Assembly: GCA_964200185.2 (NCBI GenBank) | Contig: CAXNAD020000052.1 | Location: 1 to 34,953 of the forward strand | Length of the DNA: 34,953 nucleotides | Direction: 5' to 3' | From: Choristocarpus tenellus KU-1152 | Taxonomy: Eukaryota > Protista > Phaeophyceae | In this document: in pieces, positions 13,101 through 25,100 of the stretch | Numbering within the stretch: the first letter of the stretch is position 1 | Layout of the letters: every line of letters begins with the position of its first letter | Translations under genes and position numbers: made by a program | Notes under the pieces: generated by a model | The model's input: only the letters and a program-made list of their open reading frames with translations | Database searches by the model: none | What the model was told of the DNA's origin: nothing

Positions 13101-16100
13101 AAAGGTCTTGCAGGTGACCAGAGTCACACATACGTCGAACTAGGGAGGACAGATTCTCCTGTTTCAAGGGCAACAAAGCACAAGTAACATAGAAGCATGT
13201 AGGGAAATGCAGAGGTACTTGTGAACACAACTTTTCACAGTTCACAATTTCAAGGAAAGAGTTATATAAAAAACAAACCAACAGAACACAACAATAATGG
13301 CAGAACACAAAAGAGGAGCAAAGTAGAGGTAGTACTATAGATGATTACAAATTGAGTGGGACCAGTTTAGGGTCACAATTTAAGGATAGATTTTTGGATC
13401 TATCTGTCCGTGACTGGTTCATTGTTATTTTGCAAATAAAAATTTAACAATAATATAAATTGCAGGAATCTTTTGTTAGCACACATATTCACAAACTGTC
13501 CCTTCCTACCTACAGGTAACTCTCCAGGGAACTCAGATCAAGCTCGTACCTTCTGGTAAAGGTACAACAGCCATCCCCACAAAGTGGGGCTCTTGAGAGA
13601 GGGAGAGAGGGAGAGAGGGGGTATCACTATCTTGGTCATAGCTATGTTCTCAATGTTCCTTACATTTATCAACCTTACGGGTATTTCAGCAACACCACTA
13701 CTATTGCCGACCCCGAACAAGCATCTTGAAAAGAAGCACCTCTTAGATCAACAATTGCATGGAAAATTTGGGCCAACAATCCAAGTAATAGCAATTGACA
13801 TGGTGCAAACAACTCTTCACCCCCCAATGCCCTCATATAACTGGCCTCTGAAGTGCCCAGACAAAATCCTCTCCCTGTGATGAACTCTCACCCTGCGATG
13901 TGACGGGTTCGGGTTTTGACAAAGAGCATGAAATGCCTTCAAAAATTCATTGGACTCTGTGGCGTGCACAAAGACCCTTTCACATAGTGATGACTCTCGT
14001 ACTTCAAAAGCACCGTCCTTCTCGGGATGTTGATTCAATGACCTGAAAAAGGGGCATGTTGCTGTTCTTCAGGATCATGATTACATCACAGCACTCACAG
14101 TATATAGAGGGGCATTCTGTCTACCTACTGTGCAAGGCGTGAGAGAATCGTAGTGCAGCGGCAAAGCTTCCTGCATGCAAGACTCCAGAAAAGTTCAATC
14201 AACCACAATCCGGTCCCTTTCAAAATCATACTGTTGGTCATCATTAAAACCTTTCAACCAAAATGATCCTTGTGGGAGTAAGGAGTACAATGAACCACCT
14301 ATATACAAGAAAAAACAAGAAAGTTAACCAATATATTGCTGATACGATGGATGTATTTCTATTACGTTTTTCTACGTTGCTCATTTGAATTTGAAATACA
14401 TTTAGGCAAGAACATTGAAATGGAATGCGAAACAAACTTGAGAAGATCATGAAAGACATACTCATGAATGTGCCAGCCGACAGGTCATACCATGCACAAC
14501 TCAGGATACTTCAGTACCATCAAGTACTGGAGATAAACAGAGGCAGGGTTGGGTTTATAAACTGACTATAGATAATACCACCCTCAGATTTTCCAAGGTT
14601 AGGTAGAATCTTTGATCTTCGGAACTGATGACACCCCTAGCGAATAGCCTGGAAACATAACATCCTTTTTGGTTGTGTGTGTCTCAACAGACAAGGATTC
14701 TAGGGGCAACGCCTATGCAGTATCCGGTTGTGCTTGGAAAAAAAAAGAAAAAGACTGTACAACAGAAATGCCAGTTTTGGAGTAACCCCAGACACATGAA
14801 AATTGTTACGACAACGTTAAAAAGCTACAAGCAGCAATGGGTGTAAAAAAACACACACACAGTAAAGTATCATCAGTAACTCACATTCCAATGCACCAAC
14901 CCTACCTCGCAGTCTTCAACACACTATGTGCCCTCTCCCCCAATTTCAGGGCTCGTGCGGCGGAGTATCCTCTTTGTCCTTCCACACCATTCAACTCCAT
15001 CCATCCCCCTCCTGCTCTTTCAACTTCCAGTAAAGCTTTCTCAAAGTGTGCTGCTGAAGCCTCTGCTAGGTCTGCATCATCATGGACATCACCTCCTGCC
15101 CTGTCCGTTCCACCCAACCGAGCAGGGTCGGCCCACAAAAACCACTCTGTTGCCTCATCCAGAAGGCGTCCAGCTAGGACTGAATCTCTCCGTGTAGCAG
15201 CTGACAGTGCCGCAGAACAATGACAACTCCCAACAGAGTTCAAAACAAACGCCGAAGGCCCTGTGAGTGAAACAGGCAGCGGAGACCACAGTAATATTCA
15301 AAAGACTATACAGGTGAGAACGGAGTCTTCTTTTACATACATTTGCACCCTTGGGCTGATTAGCAGTAATTCCGCCCCACTACTCCTTTGCAAGCGATGT
15401 CACCAGAAAGTATTCCTGACATAAGAAGCATGTTATGTGAAAGACATGAGAACGCAAAACACACTTAAATCTCCTACCAAGCATAGAACCACAAGTTGGC
15501 AGCCAGGAGAGAGGAAACACGCCAACCATTAACTGTATGGTACAAAATATGGGAAAGGGACATACAACCCTCCAGGCGACTTTTATCAGCTATACAGACT
15601 ACAACTTGCCAGCACAAAGCTGCACATAAAGACTTTCTCTGCCTACAATATTGCCCTTCATCTCTGTACTACCAAACTTGAGGTGATATCAGAATGCAAG
15701 CTGATGACTTACATACTGCTATTCACAAATCTCAAGCAATGCAATCTCACATTCTCTACAGGTTTCACCTGTATGGCCAATGTTGAAACTTCCTTCTCCA
15801 GTTGTAGGCCTCTCAATTGCATGCCCTAGCAGAGGTAAGGCAAGGCTATTCTGTCCGGTCAAGACCAGAAACTCTAGGAGGCTGTGAGTTCGAACATAAT
15901 TTTCCGTGTAGTGTTTCCCAGAATAACCAAATCCCCCATTAAAATATTGATGTCAATCCCAAAATAATGTAAGCAATTGAAAAGATTCCGAGACACAGAT
16001 TGGCAGGAAGGCAGAGTGAGGGAGAACACACAAGGAAAAGAGTGAGTGGGAAAAGGGTAGATATCTCAAGAGTGAACTGATCTTTACATTTAAATGTTAC

Positions 16101-19100
16101 TCTCAAGAGGCTGCCGCTCCATGTTTTTGATCGATAACATAAACAAAAGAAAAATATAATTGAAGAGGTTTTGCACAGATAGAGGGAATGAGTGTATTCC
16201 ACCACAAAAATATCACTCCACAAATGTTAAAATACCAAAATGACAAAAAGTTGGAGCACATCTGGGTCACGCAGAAGAATCAGACCCAAAAAAAACCACA
16301 TTGCACCCTCAGACTCACACTCCATCCTGAGAAGCTCCACCAGCTATCCCACGAAGACACAAATGCATCAGTGCAGTAATGTTTAGAGTCCCTTCCCTCT
16401 GACCAACATCTTTCCCGTCAAGGGTCTTGCTCCGTGTCAGCACCAAGCCTTGTAACACTGTGCAACCCGAAGGCAATCCTGCCTCTTGGGGAATTTGCAC
16501 AACACTACCCTCTGACACCTCCATCTCCACCTCTTCTATAGGCAAGCGTCTTCTTCCTTGTGCAAATGATTGGAGAGGATTGGTACCAAGGCGAAGTTTG
16601 CTCGAACCAACAGAGGACGCGATTGAACACCTGTGAGAAACAAATATACCACCCAGTGTACATCAGCAAAAAAGAAGGCAGGCAGGCGGGGGTGTCGATG
16701 GAAGGGATACAGAATTCAGGGTATGAATTTGCTAGCAAAACTCAAGTCTGTTTTATTGTGGTTAATTGTTAATGGGGCTCATCTATCTGTTCTTGTTTTG
16801 CGTCCACAGCAGAAACTCGCAGAGTAGAAATAGAGAATGCAGGAGATCATGAGGGGGTAATCGGGAGCTGAAGAAGGGGTTGCCTTTTCCATGCTACCAC
16901 TAGCCACCCCCACCAACCCCCTTCCTCTTCCATTCTACTGCTATTTGTGCTTCTCTTTGGATTTCAGCGACAGGTTCTAATCATTGCCCACATCTCATTC
17001 CTCCTTACGTTTTGTGTTGAAGCACAAAATATCTACATCACATGCAGCGTTATGGGCATCCAGTCTTCCAAAACAACATTGCAACCTTACGACCCTGCGA
17101 TAGGTGTGTTATGATCATGTGCTATCCAAAAGATGGAGCTGAATACATGATTGCGGGCATTTTATTTTTAGATGTGAATAGTTTGAAGGCGGTCTATGCA
17201 TTTTACTCTTGATGCAGTAAGGCTGAAAGAACAAGCATGTCAAAATACATCAAGCACATTGAACGATAACTAGGCCATACTTCTCATCACTATTTCTCAC
17301 ACAACAAATTGATATTCAAGAAAACAGGGCAAAAACGCCCACTACTCACCAGTTCATGTACCAAATTGCCAATGAGATCGATGTCCGTCTCAATTCTCTT
17401 GCAAGTGGTGTTTCCAGTCGACCCTAGCAAAACAAAAAACATAAAAGTGAAGATTGGACAAGAGGGATAAATTAAATCCAAGAGGAAAATCAATCCTACA
17501 CATTTCTACATAAAAAAAGTGTGGATCAGGATGCAAACCAGGGATGGGCATCGATTTTCTTTGATAACTACCAATTCAATTACCCCTTCAACAGTAACAT
17601 ACACAAGTAAAATCTCCCAAGGTACGGACTGGCCGCACATACAAGTAACCATTGGAACTGGAGATATTAAATTTCCTGAGATCATTAAGAAATTGCGATT
17701 GACATATTATCTCACCCGGTCCAGACATCCAAATGCATATTATCTAACAAATGTTGTCAAATCCACTCCAGGGCGACTCATCCCATCAAGTAGATACTAA
17801 ATGAAAGCCGACATCGGTATCCCTCGATCATGTTGGTCAGCGCTGCTAACTTGCAGTACAGCTTGCAAAATGGTGCACATATGCTGGAGTTGGGAATTAC
17901 ACTCTTCAGAGCTTTTTGCCGTTCATCCCCATGTTGACATGATTGTGTTAGCAATTTGTGGCTTAAAGCTTTTTTCATTGCCAGCTCTGAAGTTGACTCA
18001 AAGAGGAGGTACAAGCTCGTTCCTATAATTTGACAAGACAAAAACGTTCACCACCTTACGATAATTACGGTAATTCCTTACCATAAGGTGCTGGTTTCCA
18101 TTCATCATGAAATGGCAATCCCAGCTCTTACCGTTGTATCACCTCAGCTTGATCTGAATCCTTTATTTCTCACTTCTCTCATCATTATGAGGAAGCAAGG
18201 GATTAGATCAAACTGAGGCGGTACAGTCATAATAATGGTGTGATACATTGATAATGGATGGAAACCTCCACATTTTCGCAAGCATGTGCGAAGAAATTTC
18301 AGAAAGCCTTAGCAGAATGCCATGTGAATGTTAAGCGCCTACAAAGAAACTAAAAAAAGTAGAGGGAAAATATACATACAACAATCAAATGCCTGCATTC
18401 TACACATCTAGACTGCTTTGTTGCATATACTAAAATCAAAAGCAAAATCCTACATTATCTCCTGCCACATTAGCAAATCAACATTCTCACCAATGCTTTC
18501 ACCACCAAAGGGAACAAACCTGGTGTTGATGCTGAACATGCTGGTGAAGAAGAAGTTGCAGCAGGATCGCTGTATTCCGCAGCTCCTCATACCTAAAGCA
18601 AGGGAGGAGACGGTACAATGATGTAGTGAAAACTGTCAAACTAAGAGTAACTGCATTGTCCTGTTCATACATTAGAGATACGCCACATCAGTTTAGACAC
18701 CAGAGAGTTGGCTAGTTGAGTGTAGCAAGTAACCCAAGAAACAAAATCCCATACACATGAAGGACTCACTTGCCGTGAGTTCTGAGCAGGTTAACAGGTG
18801 CCCCTAAGTATGTAACAGTCTTGATTTCACACATGAAAACTACAGTGTGGCAAAGAAAGACATTTTTCACACATATATGAAAAATCACCTCTTTCCAAAA
18901 CTATGTATCTAAAACATTACAGTCACCATCAACATTAAAACCCCAGGTCCACAAGAGCTCACCTTCTTCGAAGTGCACGGTTCGCCAGGTCCGCTACTGC
19001 CCCGGCTGCTCGGGCAGACACAGTTCTTAACTCCCCTTCTCTTGTATCTGAGGTTTGACTTGTTGCCATAGAAACGCACTCGTTTTCACCAGGTTTCGGA

Positions 19101-22100
19101 CCCTGAGCAATACCCCATCCAAGGCAGAGGTTTCCTGGGTCTAGCCTGCAAGGCAGAGTATCAACAATCAAATGTCGACAAAGGGCAGAGATTGAGTTGT
19201 TAGACACTTGATGGTGCGCACATAGTTGAAAATTACAATAAACGTGTCAAGCACACAGTCCACAAACTTACTTCCAGACACAAGCAAACACACTACAATC
19301 GTGTTTTGGTGTGTACAAATTATCAAACGGTATCAAACGGAGAGTGATTGGCAAGTCTCAGGATTGACAACTTCAGTACCAGTACCACCTAACAAAAAAG
19401 GTGGGTTTTTTAAGAACCTGTGTGTCACACAGGTTTGTATGCCCCTGCAATGCGTGTGTCAGAGGGAAACTACCCCTGTTCCGCTTGTGTGCTAGTGCGT
19501 GGGTTTAATTTTGCACTGCTTTCTGCCCAACTATCGCATAGACAGATGGCTGAGCCACTGTCCGACTATGTCAGGGAGCTTGATACAGCGTGGTGAGATA
19601 CGACCAAATAGGCTCATCCTAAAATAACCTCTTCAACATGACATCCGCTCATATGCACATACTTGATCAGTAATGTGGAAGGTGCTGAGGAAAAAACCAG
19701 TAGGGCAAAAAACTTAAACTGACCCTACCCTGCCCATGTCTTACAGTTCAAGGTATTACATCGATTGCATCACATCTTCGATTTCTCACTTACAGTGTCT
19801 ACTGATACATTCTCCTTAATCACTGAACTAATGGAGTGTGAAGATTGAAGAATGGAAAAAAAGCATGCGTCATGTCCACGTTTCGTACCCTTCAACCAAT
19901 GAGTGCACGGCATCCATGACATCTCCCTCCACAGACAAAAGACGATCCACCTCCTGAGCAAGGAGAAAACCTCCATCACCTCCCCTACGAGCTTCTTCTG
20001 GTCTTCCTACCCCAAACAGAATCCGGTTCACCATTCCAGAGAGCTGTAATTAGCAATGAAACAGAAAGCAGGAAGCATAAGATAACCATTTACGCATAGA
20101 AGACTACACACTACACAAGGGTGTCAAAAGGATACGATCTCTATTGCATCTACTAGTAGGAAAGGTGGACATGTTTACATTTCCAAACAAAGCTATGACA
20201 AAAAATGAACAATAACAAAACCGCCAAAGCTTTCACTACTGTGGTCATGATGGCATTGATATTTCCCAACAGTGATACTTCCACCATATGGCAGAACTAA
20301 GCTTAAACTTCAGGCATCAATTCACAAGCCTTGAATCCCTTCCTACCATGATGAATAGTGGTGACATTTGAAAGAAAAATTTTCAAAAAAGGGGCTTACA
20401 AGACATAACTAAACAGTGTAAGTTGATACTCTATATAGCCTTACCATTCCTTGCACCCTGCCATCCAGAGTTTCTCCATCACCCCTGAGTCTCCACTGTA
20501 GGCCACCTGCACTCCTTTCCAAAGCCAACTCCACCGCCATGTCAAATGCTTGCAATGCAGAATAGTAAGGCCTGTCATGTGATTGTCGAGGATGTGTCAT
20601 AGTCCCTTGAACATTATCTCCAAGGCCATCAATTCTTTCATCTGATACCAACATAGCTGCCAAGGCAGGTTCCACCATAGACACCAGGGACTGCAAGGCC
20701 CCTGGGACACCTCCCCTTGACAGTGGAGGGGTAGCAGTTGGAAGCAGGAGCCCTGTCCGGCCTCTCCTCACCACCAATGGAGTGCCTTGAAAGGATCACA
20801 TGTTGGCGAAAGTGGCAACAAGGTATAGTTATTATTAAGCTCACAGAATAAAATATAAAACAAGGCATAGCTTGATGGCGACGCACTGTGAGGACAATCT
20901 CCTCACCCCTCTAACCTAGTACAAGATTCTACCTCTAAATACTTAAGAGTTGATGTGTTGTGACTCAGCAACATGTTTGAAACTTACCAGATGCAACATC
21001 ATGACCCTGGGCTAGTCCCATTGGAGCAGCCTCCACCCAAGCATATTCAGTGCACTTGGAAACAAAAGCTTTCCATTTATTGTGTATGGCATTGACGGCC
21101 CTCTTGATCATAACGGAGTAAATATTTGAGAGCAAGAGAATATTATTAGCTCCATGTAACACTTAAATTATCATTATTGCACGTGAAACAACATTCACTG
21201 TGAGGAAAAAACACTAGTTGACTCGGATAACTATTTAACATTTCAATGGTTTCTCTTTGAAATGTTTCTTAAGATCCATCATCATACACAAAATTTTCAC
21301 CAACCTCTGCTGCTGGAGATAAGACAACATCATCCCCTGCCACAGCCAGCTCAATATCCATAAGTAGGCTCTCATTAACTTCACGCATGCCTATCAGCAC
21401 CTGCAGGACCACTCAGACACAAGTCCACGATATTATCAATAGGAAAGAGGTGGATTTAACACAGATTTTCAAACAACTAGGTACATGCACCAGCTCATCT
21501 TTTGAAATGAATTCGTCTTTCTGATAATATGATTAAACCATTCAGATTAACAATGGCTTTATTTAGACAAATGACTTTACACTATTCAGATATCTTCAAC
21601 AAGTAGAACAGGAGGATAGGGCTCATAGCATAGATGACTTGTTTTTGGTGGCTTTGCTCACAGTGGATGCTGCCTTGTTTAATAATCGAGTTGGCGACAA
21701 CCTCACTAACAGATCCACCTTTCATAATCTTTGCCCATCCTTCCAAAGCCTTATTGGCCAAGGTGATGTTTTGTTGAAACAAAAAAACAAATCACAGCAC
21801 TTTGTGAAGGAAAAAATTACCAGTTTACAATTCTCACAAGAAAAAAGCACCCAAGTCATCACATATACTCTTCACATGGCAACTATCACCATCTTGATAA
21901 GCGCATAAGAATGGAACAAGAGTGTCTCACAAATAATCAAACAAACACTGAAGACTATTGGATGCAGTGAGATTGTACTATTCAACCTCGGTGCCTCATT
22001 TTATTTTATCTGCTCAAGTAGTGGACTCAGAATATTTGAGCCCCAATTTTGAGGGGCTTCTCCTCAACGTTGGAGACAACTACGACTCCACTCGGAGAGA

Positions 22101-25100
22101 TTCCCATTTTTAGATCGTCACTGCCCACAAATGAGCAGTTGGGCAAAAAGGAAGAGAAATATATACAAGCAAGAGGACAAATTATCTTCTCAACTAGTAG
22201 AAAAAAACTTAAGGCAAATTGGTAATATTCAACTATGTAAGGATCGGATGTGAAGTGAAAGATCAGTTCTCGCAACATTTCCGCATTCGACAGGACAAAC
22301 CTAAGGGATGCATTTGAAGGCATGTACTCAATAGCAGTTCAGTAAGAGTGTGATAGCTGCGTCACTATTTGAAGCGTAATTGAACACAATATTACATCTA
22401 CTTCTAGTCTTCAGCATGGAGGACTTACCCTTTGCTCCAATTCAGTCAAGGAAAGGAGATTTCCTGATACCCTTGTGGCATCATCACTCCTTCTCAGCTG
22501 TACGGTGAATAGAGTACCATCAGGCACAAACAAAAAGGTAACAAGGGACAGAAAAGAAAAAGAAAACATTATTAAACGAAGTAGCAAGTGAAATAAAATT
22601 AAATATCATAGTATTGAAAGAATAGTAAGGATGCACATTATTAAACGCAAAACAATTGAAAAATGCATCATTTGTAAAAAAAAATCTCTCTTTTCCTTTA
22701 TCGGCTTCAAGGCAGACCATCAGTAGTGTGCACATACTGACCACTAGAAAGCAACAAGACACTGGTTCAAACGACATTATAGCACAAACAAATCCACCTT
22801 TTATATATATTCAAGGCTAGCTTTTCTGATTGTGTGTGCATGCCATCAACTCATGAACCATCCCGCTACACACATTGCACTCGGAAAGACATCAATCATA
22901 CCATCTCCACTGCCGCTTGTGTTATCGCCCATCGTCCCATCCTTCCTGAAGACATCACTCTCCGTAAATGGAATGCCTCTATTATGCTCAGTGCCTCGAG
23001 GGCCATTTCAGTCGCTCTTGGAGCACCTGGACCAGTTTCCCCTTCAACAGCAATACTTGTGCTGTTGTTGGGACCTGTGGAGGACATGTGGGTTCCAACA
23101 AGGGCACTCCAGCTCCCTCCATGGTGTGCAAGAAGAGCACATAGTCCACTATCAGCTTTTACATCCTCTTGCAAGTGCTGTATGTTACGAGAAACAAGGA
23201 AGCATTGAAAGGTATGTGTTGAATTGATAATGTGTGCACAAAATTTACATATTTGTGGCACACTTCAACAAATGCATTGGCACATGTTCAAGAAGACTGG
23301 AATCTAGGGAGTCAATTACTCACATCAACTACCACGTCGTAAGTGGCAACATAAATTGAAAAGAGGCACAAAATGGACTAAACTGGTTTGGATAAGACAC
23401 AGGAGTGTTAGGTGCTCCGAAAACATCAGCACCAAAGAGATCATATGCCATGTTCCAATACACCAGTATTTAATCTAGCTTCAGCATGCAGGGGAGCCCT
23501 ACACAGTGACAGTGCTGACAAAGATTTATCATACATTGGCAGACTCTCTCGCAGGGCTCCCCTGATCTATACGAGCAACCTGATCAGAATTTTGCAATAG
23601 ATTCATTCGCAAATAGTTCAAACACCCTGAAATCTGGTACATGCAACATTGCGTAACAACAATGTGAAAATAATAGCAAATACAAAGCAAGTGATATTCT
23701 AAACGCACCACCTACAACAAATTAGGGTAATAAAAGACCAATCACCGGGAGACATTTATACTCTACAGACAACTAGGGGTACACACACCTGATCTATTGA
23801 TATCTCCTCAGATCCTTTCACCCATCTAATTACAGAGGCAGGGTTTTGTCCATCCTCTCCCCAACCTACCCCACCCCCTAGACCTTCCCTTCCAAACAGA
23901 GCATGACCACCATACTTTGCCAGTGACCCCGACCCATTCATGCTGGAAGACAAGTCTCCTCTTGCTAATGAGGAAATACTATCTGGGCGACCCCATAGAG
24001 CCCACACATTCAGGTCATTGTCCATCACAACATCTGTCAGTGGTCCTGTCCCAAGCATATTTAATAGGTGGAGTTAGGGCAACCATGAAACTTACGATAT
24101 ATAATCTGAGCATAACTTGGCAGCACAGGTTGTATAAAGTGTGGTGCCTCACTCAAAGCATCTGGGGGGGGAGGAGGGGGAGGGGCAACTGTCCATTTGG
24201 GGTCAAAATTTTCATGTCGCGATTTTTGGGTGGTTCGGTTAAATACATCAGATGGAAATGTAAGTGCATTTTTCCTGGCTGTGGTTCAAATGGACACCCT
24301 GGTGTAGACCCCCCCCCCCAGATACTTTGCTCTCATTACTTACATTTATACAGAAATAATTTTCACAAGTGAACATCCCACAGAGGTCAAAGGCAGGAAA
24401 AATGATTTTTTAGTTGAAGCACACAAGGCCTATTATTTAGTTTTAATATTTGTGTTACATGGGTATGGACCAAAAACTATGCAAGTAAATTCTTTCAAGT
24501 ATAGTTTAATAACAATTCATATAAACCAATACCTGCGCACCATGTTTTCTTCTTAGCTGTAGTTCATCTCTACTCCCAAAGAAACCACTAACACAAAGGA
24601 CAGTACAGTTCCTCAAATGCAATGTATACATACCACTGGATCCTGGAGCTTCCAGGAAAGCCTCTGGTTGCAGGTCAGTTCCATCAACAGCAACTGAGAG
24701 AGTTAAATGAACAGGAAGTCCTGAATGAAGGAAGAGAGTTTGTGGGTGAGGGAGACGATCACAGAAATTGTCCATTATTGAAAAGAATTGCACAAAACAA
24801 CTTCAATTGAACTCTGCAACCTATCCTACAAACTTCCTCTTCAACATCTGAACTACATCATACCATGCGCCCCCCAGCTTAAAGGGAGCAAAGGAGAACT
24901 GAGGGGATAATATATAGTTCAATATTTCAGAAACACAATTCCATCCTTAATGGAAACTCTTTGATGCTTGAGACCTCAGACATTTCATGATGATTCCGGA
25001 TGAAAGCGTTTCCTCAATGCAATACTGCATCAGTAGAGGGAGCTTTGTGTCCTCCTTGGTCATATCTAGTGTTTCCTATCCAATTAACCAAATACCTACT

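Noticed and set aside
13550-13590. Possible extra NUP160 exon (SPTLWGWLLYLYQK)
   Set aside because: The flanking exons join directly into the conserved Nup160 motif (..PSHRR|ENLSSLV..), which this segment would disrupt.
14620-14690. Hammerhead-like CTGATGA...GAAAC on the + strand
   Set aside because: Stem I is absent, stem II is poor, and the cleavage triplet would be GUG.
17805-17818. AGCCGACATCG on the + strand, antisense to LSU CGAUGUCGGCU
   Set aside because: Opposite strand to the host gene and no flanking C/D boxes.
18030-18112. SNORD65-like snoRNA (AUGAUGA plus GGAAUUACCG antisense to 18S CGGUAAUUCC)
   Set aside because: No usable D' or D box, and the element sits in a short internally repetitive inverted repeat; at best a decayed copy.
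22260-22372. Second C/D candidate in intron 12 (GUGACGC..CUGA..CUGA)
   Set aside because: No terminal stem, non-canonical C box, and only a ~7-nt rRNA complement.
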